A stretch of DNA of 64,000 nucleotides from Chiloscyllium plagiosum (lineage: Eukaryota): assembly GCF_004010195.1 (NCBI RefSeq), contig NC_057713.1, forward strand, positions 39,051,555 through 39,115,554. The letters are read 5' to 3'. The notes below the pieces were generated by a model. That model saw nothing but the letters and a program-made list of their open reading frames with translations. It was not told where the DNA came from and did not search any database. Made by a program: the position numbers and the translations under genes. Below, piece by piece: positions 51,448 through 64,000 of this stretch. Position 1 is the stretch's first letter; the number at the start of each line of letters is the position of its first letter.

Positions 51448-53637
51448 GTAATGTAAGGGATATTGAGATCTATCTAGCATAAGAAATACAAAGAAACTGG
51501 TGGTAAAGAAAAATCAGAAGGGAAATCTAGCTAGAAGCACAAAACAATGTCCAAGAATGACAAGAATACATAATAGGTAAAACGAGGTATTCGCCCAATA
51601 AATGTCAATGGAGAAATTCTACCTAAAGACAGGGAAAAAAAGCCAAAGTACTGTATTTAACTGTGGTTCTTAATGCTTGTAAAATAAAATAGTGGGAGAC
51701 TGCAAGACTTGGCCTGCAGTTTAAAGATTATTAGACATAGAGTCTTGGTCATTCCAGCATGGGAGGACATGATTCAGACTATTGAGTCCAGTACTAGGAA
51801 TGTATTTGTGGTTGTGAACTTCATACATATCTTTGTTATTGACAAACTAATCTATTCCAATGAATCTATCCTTCACCCTCTAAACTTTTAGCTTAGGCAA
51901 AATGTTGTACTTCTTCCTATACCAAGTCCTGATCTCTTGTCACTTCTTTTCTTTATGAACATCTTGGATCCCAGCCCCTCTGTCTCAACTTTAAAATTAT
52001 GATTTATTCCCCTTTTACCTCTCCAATCCCTTCAGCAATATAAAACAACTCAGCGACTCTCCTTTCCTCTGGATGCAGTGTTCTGGGGGATCCCCCTGTC
52101 CCAACCTAATCATGTTTGAACACTCCAGAGTTCACTCCTTAAACTTTTCATCTCCATTTTCTCTTATTAAGAACCCCTTGAATCAAATGAGTTTGAGCAA
52201 AGTTTTCTTATCTTAATTTCTCTTGGGTTTGATTTTTTTTTCCCTTATAAATGTTTAAAATGTTTTTTTCAACAATTGAGTATTGTAAACGACCAATGTG
52301 AATCCAAGTTGATGGTGGCAGCAGCAGGAGTAGTATTACTACTAAATTGATATAATAATTCTGCTTTATTTACAGGCTATTAAAGAAGTCTAGATAAACT
52401 ACAATTAAAAGATAATTTTGTTGAGACAAAGTTCATTAAGAAAAACCTATTAACTATATAGTATGTCAGGACATTGTTTTTGTGGGATTACATAGGGTGT
52501 ATGGCACAGTCACAACCAAACCAACTAACCTAGTTAACATCAAGGCTTATGTTCCACTCTCTCCCCTTCCCACCTATCCTCATCTAAATCTGCCATTATA
52601 ACCCTTCTCCATCATATTCTTCTGTAATTTTCCTTAAATGTATTTGTATTATTCAATTCAGACCGTCGCAGTGGTGGCAATTTCTATATTCTCACTACTC
52701 TGGATAAAGAATATCCTTCTGAATTCCCTGTTAGAATTCTTGGTGCTTATCCCGATGATGGAAGTTATGTTCTTCCTCACCAGTGGAAAAATGCTCTTTG
52801 TGCTATCAAAACGTTTCTCAATTTTAGAAACTTTATATTGTCACTTACGGCCCTCTTTGTTTCATAGAGAAAAGAGGTCTAGCCTGTCAATCTTTCTAAT
52901 AAGAATGCACACATCAATTCAGATTTAGCATCAATCCCATCCTTTTCTATTCTATCCCTCAAGAAATAAAATCAAGTGCTTGGTTTGTATTTTTATGACC
53001 TTGCTAACGTATGGCATAGTTTTTAGTGTTCAGGTGTATTTGTATTCTGAAATATCCCTTTGTTCCTCCTTCCCACTAAGACATGTCCATTCAAAGTAAT
53101 AAATGACCACACTATGTTTTATCAAAAAAACTACCTCACATTTATTATTCACCTGTGTTGAACTTCATTTGCTAATTATTTGTCCATTTACAAGCGTATT
53201 AATGTCCTCCTTAATTTGTCCAGTCCTCTTCAATGTGGTTTATGAATAGCCCTTCCCCCAATTTGTTGCACTGAAATTGGAAGTTATGTTTTTGATTCTG
53301 AAGTCTGAGTTGTTCATGTAAATTTTGAATAGCAGTAGACCCAATACTGATCCTCGTGGAACACTACTTCCCATCGCCGCAACTGAAATTAACTACCAGT
53401 TACTCTCACTCTCTGCTTTTAGCCTTGAAGCCAGCAGTAATCAACTCTGCCCTCTGCCTCTTGACTCCATGTTTTCTTAGCTGTCATCAGTCATTGTACC
53501 AAATAATCAGATAAATAACACGTTCCCCTATATCCTAAAATTAAAATCCAAATATAGATGCAAGATGTTTGGTGATATCTTTGGTTTAAGTATCTTTTTT
53601 CTCAATTCAGCACCAATGGTTTTTCATTTCCTTTTAG

Positions 53638-53785
53638 AATACAGTACTTGCAATCAAAGAAATTCAGCAAAGAAGCCATTTCAAGGATGGTGTCAGGAGC
53701 CCCTTATTTGCTAAACTTCAGTGTGGAAAGACTGGACAATAGGCTGGCATTCTACCAGAGAGAACTGAGATTAAATGTGCAAAAG
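53638..53785 (+). CDS. MTERF3: MTERF3 coding exon 4
   Basis: [49 protein letters not shown]; 148 nt; ttttAG / GTACT. Confidence 0.95.
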
Positions 53786-54880
53786 GTACTGCTATGTGAT
53801 GAATTTTAACACTGTATGTGTGGCTCTCATGAGGGAAGTGAAGCAGTATGTGTTGAGACTTGATGCTGTGGGCTGAGGAGACCTTCTACAATTGCTGTTT
53901 CTCTAATCCAGTCATGGACACAGAATAACTAAACCTTAATGCCACTTATCCTGTCTTTAATCATTACCATCAATCATCAATGTTACACCTAGCATGAGAC
54001 TGTTAATTGGATGGCCTATTAATGGGCAGTCTAGATTTTAAAGTGATGCCTAATTACTTTGGCATTTAAAAGAAAAAAGGAAACCTTGTTTTTACTTGGC
54101 ACCTTACCATATTTCAAAGTACTTCATTTGAAATGAGTTGCTTTGAAGTGCATTATAGGGGTTGCACAACAAAGATACCATAAAGAACAATGTGACGGAC
54201 GATTAATTAATTTAATTTTGGTGATCTGGAGAGATTGACCACTGTACTAACAAAAATGCCTTACTATTCACAAGTTTGACATGAAATTTTTAATATCCAA
54301 CTAAATCACTGAGACAAGAGAACTAGCCTCAGTTTAACACCTTCGATAATACGAGGCTTTCTTAGTAATGTATTGGTCTGCCAGTTTACATGGTGTGTTT
54401 CTTTTCTGCAATAGACCTTGAGTTGTCAACATTCAGACTCCATTGTAAGAGTGCTATAAACTGAGCCTTACTACATTTGTAAGAAGTAAGAGTTATATGA
54501 GACAAGTGAATATTTTTGTTGAGACAGCATTTTACAGTATGATATGAATAGTTGACAATGTAAAAGGGCAAAGTTATACTTTGTTTTGCACTGGCAACAG
54601 GCAGAATACCTTTTTCATGGGATCCTCATCCTCGTTGTTACAGATTCCTGCTGAAATTCTGTTAAGAGTCTTTGGTGAAATATTTATTAATCTGAGGTTT
54701 TGCTATTCAGCTATTAACCTGAAATTACCAACATTGATGAAAAAAATGCTGAGACCTCTCTCTTTTACACACATGCTCAGTACCATCTAGTGAAATGAAT
54801 CTAGCTGAAAAGGTTACCAGGCAGTTGTCCATTACCTTGTTGATGCGTGCGAACATCCTAACAAGTGAATACTATCACCA

Positions 54881-54914
<34 letters not shown>

Positions 54915-54915
54915 C
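54881..54915. repeat. (CT)n(CA)n microsatellite
   Basis: Directly visible. Confidence 0.9.
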
Positions 54916-55914
54916 CTTGGAATTCAAAGCATTTCAAGTGCACAGCTGAGAGAATGTTTATCATGTGGAGAATCCTTATTAAGGAATTACACTCCAATGT
55001 TATAGCCCATCAAGTTGGAACTGCAAGTGGATCTTTATGTTCCTCTAGCAGAACATACAATGGATTTATTGTAAATATACAGCTAACAGAGTGATTATTT
55101 TCTGCTGTTTGTGGTAAAATCAAAGTAGATCACAAACTCCCTCTTATGTGAATTTTTCAAATGTTGAAATGCCTTTTCAGTTGAAATTAGATTAACATTA
55201 TTCTTCATCAGTATCGCTGTTTGCTTTTGCTATGCTAGATGATGGCCTACAGCATTCTTCTACTTAACAGCTATGTAATGCATTTTAAGAAGAGAAAATA
55301 TCCCATGGGACTTTTACGAATTGTTTCCAAACAAATTGATTGTTGTGCCACATAGAGAGAATACAACAGAAATCAAAAGCTTGGTTAAACAAATGGAAGA
55401 ATCTTCCGAAAGGAAGAGAACAGTCAGAGGGGTTTATGGAGAAAATTGTATCACTTTAAGGCTTAGCAGCGAATGGTGACACAGTCGAGGGTGTTGAGAA
55501 GTCAAGGCTCAAGTCAAAAGAAATAAAAGGAGAAATTACTGGCAATTTTCCATAGATGAGGATCCGTGGAAAGAAAAGAAACATTTAAGGTTTCAGATCG
55601 ATAATCTTTCTTCAAAACCGAATAAGGTTGCAGATGGAACCAATTTTAAGCAACAAAAGAAATGTAGAAATGATGAATGTTGGGAATGGGAAAAGGGAAG
55701 GTATGTGCTCTGACGGAAGGTGAGCGAGATTAATTGTAATGAGAGGGTTGATAGTTCACAGCAAAAGGTGATGGACAGTGGCATGAGCAGAGGAATAATG
55801 AATCTAAGGATGAAAGCAAAAGATGCTGGAAAACATTCAGCAGGTGTTATATTCAATTTAATTAGTAGTGAATTGATTGGACACTTGGTGATAATCTAGA
55901 GCAAAATTACAAGG

Positions 55915-56180
55915 AGCAGCTCAGTGTTCAGCACTGCTGCCTCACAGTGCCAGTGACCCAGATTTGGCCAACTGACTGTCTGGAGTTTGCACATTCTCCC
56001 CATGTCTGCGTTGGTTTCCTCGTGGGCTCCAGTTTCCTCACATCCAGAGATGTGCAGGTTAGGTAGATTGGCCATAGTGAATGTAGGGTTACGGGATAGG
56101 TTCGGGGGTGGGTCTGGGTGGGATGCTGAATATGTTGATGAACTGAATAGCTTGCTTCCACACTGTGTAGGGATTCTATG
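55915..56180 (+). mobile_element. Degenerate HE1-type SINE
   Basis: CAGCACTGCTGCCTCACAGTGCC...TGGAGTTTGCACATTCTCCCC. Confidence 0.75.
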
Positions 56181-56414
56181 AATTTATTCCCCATTCTTTC
56201 TAAATGAAAAATACTACTTTATCAAGAAAAAGTAATGATGGGTCTTCACTCATCCTTTCTCTCTCACCAGATTTGATTCTGATAGTGGATCTTTATCTAA
56301 ATGTTAACATTATTTTTTTTCCAGCATCTATAAATTCTGTTTTTCAATTGCGTTTGAAATGTTCTTCTCTTTTTACCTTAAATTTTAATTTGAGTGTCTT
56401 TTATTTTCTGCTAG

Positions 56415-56486
56415 ACACGTGATCTGGTCACCCGTCTCCCCAAATTGTTAACTGGCAGCTTGGAACCAGTTAAAGAAAATCTGAAA
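56415..56486 (+). CDS. MTERF3: MTERF3 coding exon 5
   Basis: [24 protein letters not shown]; 72 nt; ctAG / GTAGGT. Confidence 0.94.
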
Positions 56487-57153
56487 GTAGGTGGAATTAC
56501 TCCTTTTTTTTCCCCCAAGAGTAAAGGTATTTACAAGATGCTAGTCCCTCTGTTGCCTGTGAGATATTGATCCTCTTTCTCCTGCGGGTCTCAGCGAGCA
56601 GGATCACACAACCCAAGTCAAATTGCCTTTGCTGGAAAGCATCTAAGTCTCAAGACAGTCATCCCAAAATCCCTAACCCTTTCACTATGCAAATATACTT
56701 AATTTGTATCGGAAAAAGATTAACTCTAAACTCGTACACAAAAACATAAACATTACAAAAGTCAAGGCAAGAAGTGTCCTAATCTTAAACAAATGCAATA
56801 GAAATCCTAAGATTTCAACATTAAGTTTACTAAGGCAATTTCTGTTAAAAAGATTAATACTTTAAACAATGCATTTTACAATTTGTATTTCAAAAATATT
56901 TGGTATACAACGTTTCTTATTTAAAAGGAAAGCCATTACAAACAGTTACAAGACAAGCTCATCTTGACTATGAACAGAAAATGCTGGAAATAGTCAACAG
57001 GTCGTACAGATTTCCTACTTCCTGTTTTTGAACCAAAATTGAACCGATTTAACTTTGACTATTATCTAATGGCTGCAGTAGCTAGTTTTCCATGCAGTTG
57101 TGCCAATTTTATCATTGCAAAGCTCTCCCTCAGGCAATTTTGTTGTTTTCCAG

Positions 57154-57315
57154 GTTTGTCGGATTGAATTGGGATTTCGTGATAATGAAATCCAACACAT
57201 GGTAATCAGCGTCCCCAAACTCCTCCTGGCTAGTAAGAAAAAATTGACTAGATTGTTTGATTACTTACACAATACCATGGGAATCCCCCACCACCTGATT
57301 ACAAAATTTCCTCAG
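57154..57315 (+). CDS. MTERF3: MTERF3 coding exon 6
   Basis: [54 protein letters not shown]; 162 nt; cAG / GTAAGT. Confidence 0.95.
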
Positions 57316-58225
57316 GTAAGTATGACATTCTGTTCACCTTTTTATGTTAACTGTACTATGTCCTAATCAAACAATATTCCAATGAATCCAGGATCTTGAT
57401 TGAAGTAATTCTTTATTGCTTCATTAATATTGATTCCTTTTTAGATAATGAGAAATTATTTTAAAATTAAAATGGCATTACCACAGCACGTTTCAATTGA
57501 ATTGGACCAATGCAGTCTGAGAAATGAATTTTCCAATGCAGTGTCTCATTTAATGATACTGTGCTGATAATAAAGACTTTATAACATGTAAGTTTGCAAA
57601 TATTTTTAGCTGTAGTGAGGGAGTGTATAATAGCAACCACCCTAAGAACAGCCTACTATTCCTACAAAATGTAAAAGGGTTATGAGTCAGTCACCTGGCC
57701 AAACCTTTCAGGATTTTTTTATTTCCTCGCTCCATCATTATCAGGGTCTGTGTTCGCATACGAGGTTGGATGGGTGACCAGCATCCTCTCCTTGCATAGA
57801 CTTGTGTGCATTATTGATGTAGGAATGGTTATTATTTTCTTCTCCCTCTTCCCCCACCTCTTTACATCCCAGTTTCCTTCCAATCTTTGCGAAAACCCAA
57901 AACCTCTCCATCCAACACCATTAGGGACACATCTTACCATCAACATCTTAACACTATCGGTGGTATAGAGATTTACTAATTTTTCACAAAATATATTATC
58001 TACGTAGCTTAATATGGATAAATAGTTTTTCTTGTAATATTAGTGACTGTAATTAAAGACTTCAAAATTATTCATTTTGAATATTAACTTATTGGCTTTG
58101 GTGTTATAAAAGAATGTGTGTTAAGGTGATGGAAAAATGTTATTACTTATTATTTTTGTTACAGCATGTGTTGAGAATTAACTTTCTGCACCTAACTTTT
58201 AAAAAAAACTTTATTCTTGCCTTAG

Positions 58226-58420
58226 GTTTTTAATGCAAAATTTCTGAGAATAAAAGACAGACATCTGTTTCTTGAACACTTGGGACGAGCGCAATATGAT
58301 CCAACTCAGCCGAACTACGTCTCACTGGATAAGTTGGTTGCAACACCTGATGAAGTATTCTGCGTGGAGATAGCAAAAGGCACATTGCTGGACTTTGAGG
58401 CATTCCAAAAAACACTTTAA
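58226..58420 (+). CDS. MTERF3: MTERF3 last coding exon with stop
   Basis: [64 protein letters not shown]; spliced CDS totals 1248 nt = 415 aa plus stop. Confidence 0.95.
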   Translation, partial: VFNAKFLRIKDRHLFLEHLGRAQYDPTQPNYVSLDKLVATPDEVFCVEIAKGTLLDFEAFQKTL

Positions 58421-61400
58421 ATTCTCTTAAATGGTTTCAATATGTGCTCATTTACAAAAAGAATAAGTAAATGTAGAGTCATGATTATTTTTCCTGTATA
58501 TCCGATAACTAAATCAACTACTTCCAGACCCACAGTTTGCTTAGTAGCAATAAGAGAGATATCTGACAGTGAATCCAAAAAAAAGCTTTAATTCTTCTGA
58601 GTGCAATTGTCAATTTTGCCTCTAGTTTCAATACTCTGAATCAGTCCTCACTGGGAAATGGATTTAACTTTCCTCGAACTAATTTCTGCGGTCACTGCTT
58701 GCCAGAAAACTGCTACCTTTATCCTTTTATTATGAGCAGGATTTATTCCAGGGCCAAGAGGTGAATACTCTACACATTTGGTAAGAATATTTTAATGGCA
58801 GTTGGACTAAGAATTTCTCCCAAAAAAGTTGAAAATTATGTGAATCCTTTTGAAAGCCACCGGGTTAAAATTCAATAATTTATTGATGCAAATAGGTATT
58901 TATATTTGTGAAATGATGCAGTGTTATTCGGCTCTGAATAACCTTGAATGTAGATAAACTGTAACTTTGCAAATAATATTCTAAACCCTTAGTTCTGTGT
59001 ATTTTGACTTGCAGCTAACCTAAAAAGCAATTGCTGAAGGTAGACAGTGCCTCTATCAGGATTGTACATAGGTCAAGACAATGTTTCTTGAGCTGCTGTT
59101 TTATTTCAGTGAAAATTTGAAGGCTTTTACTCATCAATTAATGACTATGATAGACATGTTTTTATTCAGCAACTTATATTATCACCTCTGTTGACCTTTC
59201 CACTGCTTCTGATTTGCCACCTTTTTTTAATCCAATATGGAGCGCACAGAAAGTTCCCCAGTTCTCTACTGGGTTTGGTAGCATCTGTGACCTTTCATCA
59301 GAACACACATGTAATTCTGTTCTCTCCACAGATGCTGCCAGATCTGATAAATATGTCCAGCAATTTTTGTTTGTCTATCAGATCTTCAGAATCCACAATA
59401 TTTTGTTCATCTTTTATTGTCTTTGAGACACAGCTACAAATTCCATCACCACTGATGCCATTCTTCTCTTTGGTCGCTCTGAAGCTAAATTAGACTATTA
59501 ACTTGCAACCCTGAGCTGAGAGTCCAACTCTGTATTCTATATGACCAAGAGTGCTTGCACCACTGTCAAATGATCTGTCTCCGCATATTGCTGAAATCAT
59601 CATCCATGAAGATATGTGCCTTACACAAAATCCCAAAGCTCTTTACAGCTGATTAAATTCATTTTTCCTGAGAGATAAATGTAGGAAAAATGGCAGCCAA
59701 ATTGTGTGCTGAAGGCTCCCACAGCAACAAAATAATATTGAAAAGATAATGTGATATTGAAGGATGATTATTAGCTAAGACATTGGGAATAATTCTTCTG
59801 CTGTTTGAAATAGTGCCATAGGATCTTTAATGTCCGACAGAAAGGATAGATTAGGCCATAGTTTAATGTTTCAACTGAAATATAACATTTCCTTCAATAC
59901 TGCACTGGATGCCAGTTTTGTAACTCAGGTCCTGAGGTAGGACTTGAATCCATAACTTCTGACTTAAAGGTACTGACTGAACCATAGCTATCACTGTCAC
60001 ATGTAGCTGTTACCTTTAGGTTTAATTGGTTCAGTGCTCTCCTAGCTACCATCCCTTAAACTTCAGCTACTCCAAAATTATGTTGCTTCTATCCTAACTT
60101 TTAAAAACTCCTGTTCACGCAAGACCCTATGCTTGTCACTTTGAAATTCTCATCTTATTTTGACATATCTCCATGGTCTTGGCTCTCCCTCTCCCTGCAA
60201 CCTCCAGCCCAATAACCCTTAGGCATCTGGTTTCTTCAACAGAGGCTTCTTATAAATCTCCAATTTTCATTAATCCATTTTGCAGCTGTGGTTTCAGCTG
60301 GCAAGGACCTAAACTCTCCGTCCACCATTTCCAACGGACTGTCTCCATCTCTTCCTTTAACATGTTCCTGTTCACCACCTGCCTTAATATTTTTGAGGAG
60401 CTCAATTTCAAGTTTTGTTTGAAAATATTCTTGTAAAGCTCCTTGGAACATTTTATTTTAATAAAAAAGTGCTATTACAGATTAATATTGATAAATGTAT
60501 TTAATCTGCTTGATTTTCTTGACAGCAGTCAGACTTAAATACGATTGGAAGGAACTTTGCTGCTGAGCATTGAGGTGATGAATGACCAAGTGTAGGGTTT
60601 GACGTATTCTATTTAAGATGGCACTTACAGTTTATCTTTCATTCCAGGGATATGTGCTTTGCTGCCTAGGCCAGCATTTATTGCTCATCCCTAATTGTCC
60701 TTGAGAAAGTGGTGATAAGCACCTTGTTGAGCGGTCCATGTGTTATAGGTCAACCTGAGTGCTGTTAGGGAGCGAGTTCCAAACTTTTAAGCCAGTGGCA
60801 CTGAAGATATAGTTACAAGTCAGGAATGCAAGTGGCTTGGAAGAAACATGCAAATGTCGGTGTTCCCATGTGCCGTCATTGTCCTTTGAGCTAATAGCAT
60901 TACAGGTTTGGAAGGTGCTTTCAAAATAAACTGATGAGTTACTTCTGTGCAAATTGTAGATGTTGCTGTGTATCAATGGTGGAGGGAGTGAAGGCTGCTT
61001 TATACATAATCTGTCACATGCTGGGTAAAAATTTGTCTACCTCAGCCTTCACCACACTTAATGACCCAACCTTGACAGCTCTCTCTGATGTACAGAATTT
61101 CACAGATTCACTATTATGAGAAGAAATTCCTTCTTGTAACTGTCTTAAATGGGCAACACATTACTGCTGAGTTTATGCCCTGTGGTGCCAGACCCTCCCA
61201 AAGGGAAGCAAGCTCTTCTCATCTACCCTGCTAAATGTCTCAAGAATCATATATGTTTAAAGACGGTCTCTTCTCAATCTTATAAACTTTAGTAAGTATA
61301 AGCCCAACCTATTCAACATTTACTCTTCAGAAAATCCCTCCCTACCGAAATCAACTATGTCTCTAATGTTTCTAATGCCAGTACATCTTTCTTTAGATAA

Positions 61401-62960
61401 ACGTTTCAAACCTGTTCCCAGTATTCCAAATGTGACTGATTAGCGCCTTGTATGTTTTAGGAAGACCTCTCTTTGTACTGCAGCATTCTGCAGTATTTTT
61501 CCATTTAAATTAGACTTAGTTCTTCTGCCTACAAAAGTGCACGACCTCACATTTTCCACTTATCTTCCATCTGTCCACTTACCTAAGCTTTCTGTATCCC
61601 TTTGTTGACTGTGTCATCTTCAATACGTGTCTTCTCATCTATTTCAGTGTCATCTGCAAACTTGGCAATAGTACTTTAACTATCACCCAAGTCATGAACA
61701 TATATTGTTATTAACTGTGGCCCCAGCACTGATCACCGTGGCACTCCACTAGTTACAAGTTGCCATCCTGAATCTGCCCCTTTTATCCCAATCTTATTCT
61801 TCTACTCATTAGCCAATCACTTGTCCGTGCTAATATCCCCAACACCATCTCATTGAAATATATAGGATTTTTCAGGGGCTTGACAATCGTTTCCCCTCAT
61901 GGGGAAATCTAGGGCCAGAAAGCATAGTCTCTGAATGCTAATTTAATATTGAGGTAAGGAAGAATTTCTTTTGAAGGTTTAGAGTCTTTGGCATTGTTTG
62001 CCACAAAGAGCTGTGGGGTTAGAGTCTTGAAGTCTCTTTAGGACTGATATAGATTCTTGATCAGTAATGGAATCAAAGGTTATGGGAAAGAGCAGGAAAG
62101 TGGATGTGAGGAGTATCAGATCAGCCATAATCCTACTGAATAGTACAGCAAGCTTAAGGAACTGAGTGGTGTATTCCTGTTCCTATTTCTTATGGACTTA
62201 TTGTCCTAAGTCTATCCTTAAACGTCTGCACAAAAAGAACAATCCCAGTTTTTCAGATCTTTCCATGTAACCGAAGTCTTTAATACCTAAATTAAAAACA
62301 GAAAATGCTGGAGAAACTCAGATCTGACTGAATCTGTGAAGCGGGAAAGTGAGTCAGCATTTTGACCCCAACAACTCTTCAGAATGTCTTCAGACTCTTC
62401 TGAAGAAATACCTTTGGATTCAGAATATTTACTGTTTTTCCCTCCAAAAATGCTGCTGGACCTGCTGAATTTCTCCAGCATTTCCCTGTTTTATTTCAGA
62501 CTCCCAGTATCTGCAGTATGTTTTTTTTTTATTAACTACCTGCTTCAGTTTTACTAATGCTCCTATGTACCTTATTTCAATCTTTGACATTTTTATTTAA
62601 CTGTGGTGTTTAGAATTGGCTGCAATAGTCCCCACTGGGGACAGAACAACTGTTGTATAAAAGTTTAGCAAAACTTGGTTTTGTGTGCTGCCTCTATGTT
62701 TGAAACTAAAGTTCATAAATTCCCTTTCAGTGACTTCTTCAACTTGACTTTGCTTTTCCACAAATTTTGTACTTACAGCCTGGGTCCACTTCAGAACTGA
62801 CTTTAAATTGTACCACTTAAGTTTATATTATCTCTCCTTATTATTCTTCCCTCAAGCCAACCATAGGTCTCTGCTTTAATCTGATATGTCTGATATTTCT
62901 ACCATGATCCCGTTGTATTCCTCTAAAGTTTGATGCTAATCTCCTTACAACAATTCCAAA

Positions 62961-64000
62961 GTTTGGGAGAAGATTTGTAGCTCAGGTGCTCGTTGTTGTG
63001 GTTCTGTTTGCCGAGCTGAGAATTTGTGTTGCAGACGTTTCGTCCCCTGTCTAGGTGACATCCTCAGTGCTTGGGAGCCTCCTGTGAAGCGCTTCTGTTA
63101 TCTTTCCTCCGGCATTTGTAGTGATTTGTACCTGCCGCTTCCGGTTGTCAGTTCCAGCTGTTCGCTGCAGTGGCCGGTATATTGGGTCCAGGTTGACATG
63201 CTTGTTGGTTGAATCTGTGGATGAATGCCATGCCTCTAGGAATTCCCTAGCTGTTCTCTATTTGGCTTGTCCTATAGTAGTAGTGTTGTCCCAGTCGAAC
63301 TCATGTTGCTTGTCATCTGAGTGTGTGGCTACTCAGGATAGCTGGTCATGTCGTTTCGTGGCTAGTTGGTGTTCATGGATGCGGATCGTTAGCTGTCTTC
63401 CTGTTTTTCCTATGTAGTGTTTTGTGCAGTCCTTGCATGGGATTTTGTACACTACATTGGTTTTGCTCATGCTGGGTATCGATCCTTCGTCCTGGTGAGT
63501 TGTTGTCTGAGAGTGGCTCTTGGTTTGTGTGCTGTTATGAGTCCTAGTGGTCGCAGTAGTCTGGCTGTCAGTTCAGAAATGTTTTTGATGTATGGTAGTG
63601 TGGCTAGTCCTTTGGGTTGTGGCATGTCTTCATTCCGTTGTCTTTCCCTTAGGCATCTGTTGATGAAATTGCCGGGGTATCCGTTTTTGGCGAATACGTT
63701 CTATAGGTGTTCTTCTTCCTCTTTTTGCAGTTCTGGTGTACTGCAGTGTGTTGTGGCCCTTTTGAACAGTGTCTTGATGCAACTTCTGTGTGTGTTGGGG
63801 TGGTTGCTTTCGTAGTTTAGGACTTGGTCTGTGTGTGTGGCTTTCCTGTATACCTTTGTGGTGAATTCTCCGTTCGGAGTTCGGTAAATGCCAGAGGAAA
63901 CATCACAGAAGCGCTTCACAGGAGGGTCCCAAGCACTGAGGATGTCACCTAGACAGGGGACGAAACGTCTGCAACACAAATTCCCAGCTCGGTGAACAGA
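62961..64000 (-). mobile_element. Penelope-like retroelement 3' part (RT C-terminal region, GIY-YIG endonuclease, terminal repeat) with an inverted terminal-repeat copy at 63885-64000
   Basis: TTKVYRKATHTDQVLNYESNHP motif; YKIPCKDC..HYIGKTGR GIY-YIG-type motif on minus strand; 63885-64000 is the reverse complement of ~63003-63120. Confidence 0.88.
63933..63972 (+). ncRNA. Minimal hammerhead ribozyme motif (identical copy on minus strand at 63031-63070)
   Basis: GCA-CUGAGGA-U-GUCaCCU-agac-AGGgGAC-GAAA-CGUC-UGC: stem I GCA/UGC, GUC cleavage triplet, palindromic ACGU. Confidence 0.78.

Overview
Eukaryotic (vertebrate) genomic DNA, most likely a shark or other elasmobranch (HE1-type SINEs, HER1/CR1-type LINE tails, many Penelope-like elements). 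It contains the head-to-head pair PTDSS1 (minus strand, coding exons 1-8, gene continues beyond the left edge) and MTERF3 (plus strand, complete 415-aa CDS in 7 exons). Between them lie a CpG-rich 34-bp palindromic minisatellite and an intact single-exon 597-aa pogo/Tigger (Jerky/TIGD-like, DD32D) transposase ORF with eroded ends. The 20.8-kb MTERF3 intron at 30484-51257 is best explained as the decayed second unit of a ~29-kb tandem duplication. It holds a PTDSS1 pseudogene and, where the duplicated promoter/transposase/MTERF3 5' exons should be, a foreign GC-rich block with two intact netrin-G exons plus an assembly gap. Three families of Penelope-type terminal repeats carrying minimal hammerhead ribozyme cores occur throughout, several as short fold-back insertions with target-site duplications. 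Exon boundaries were read by hand; repeat boundaries are approximate and family assignments come from recalled motifs, not database searches.
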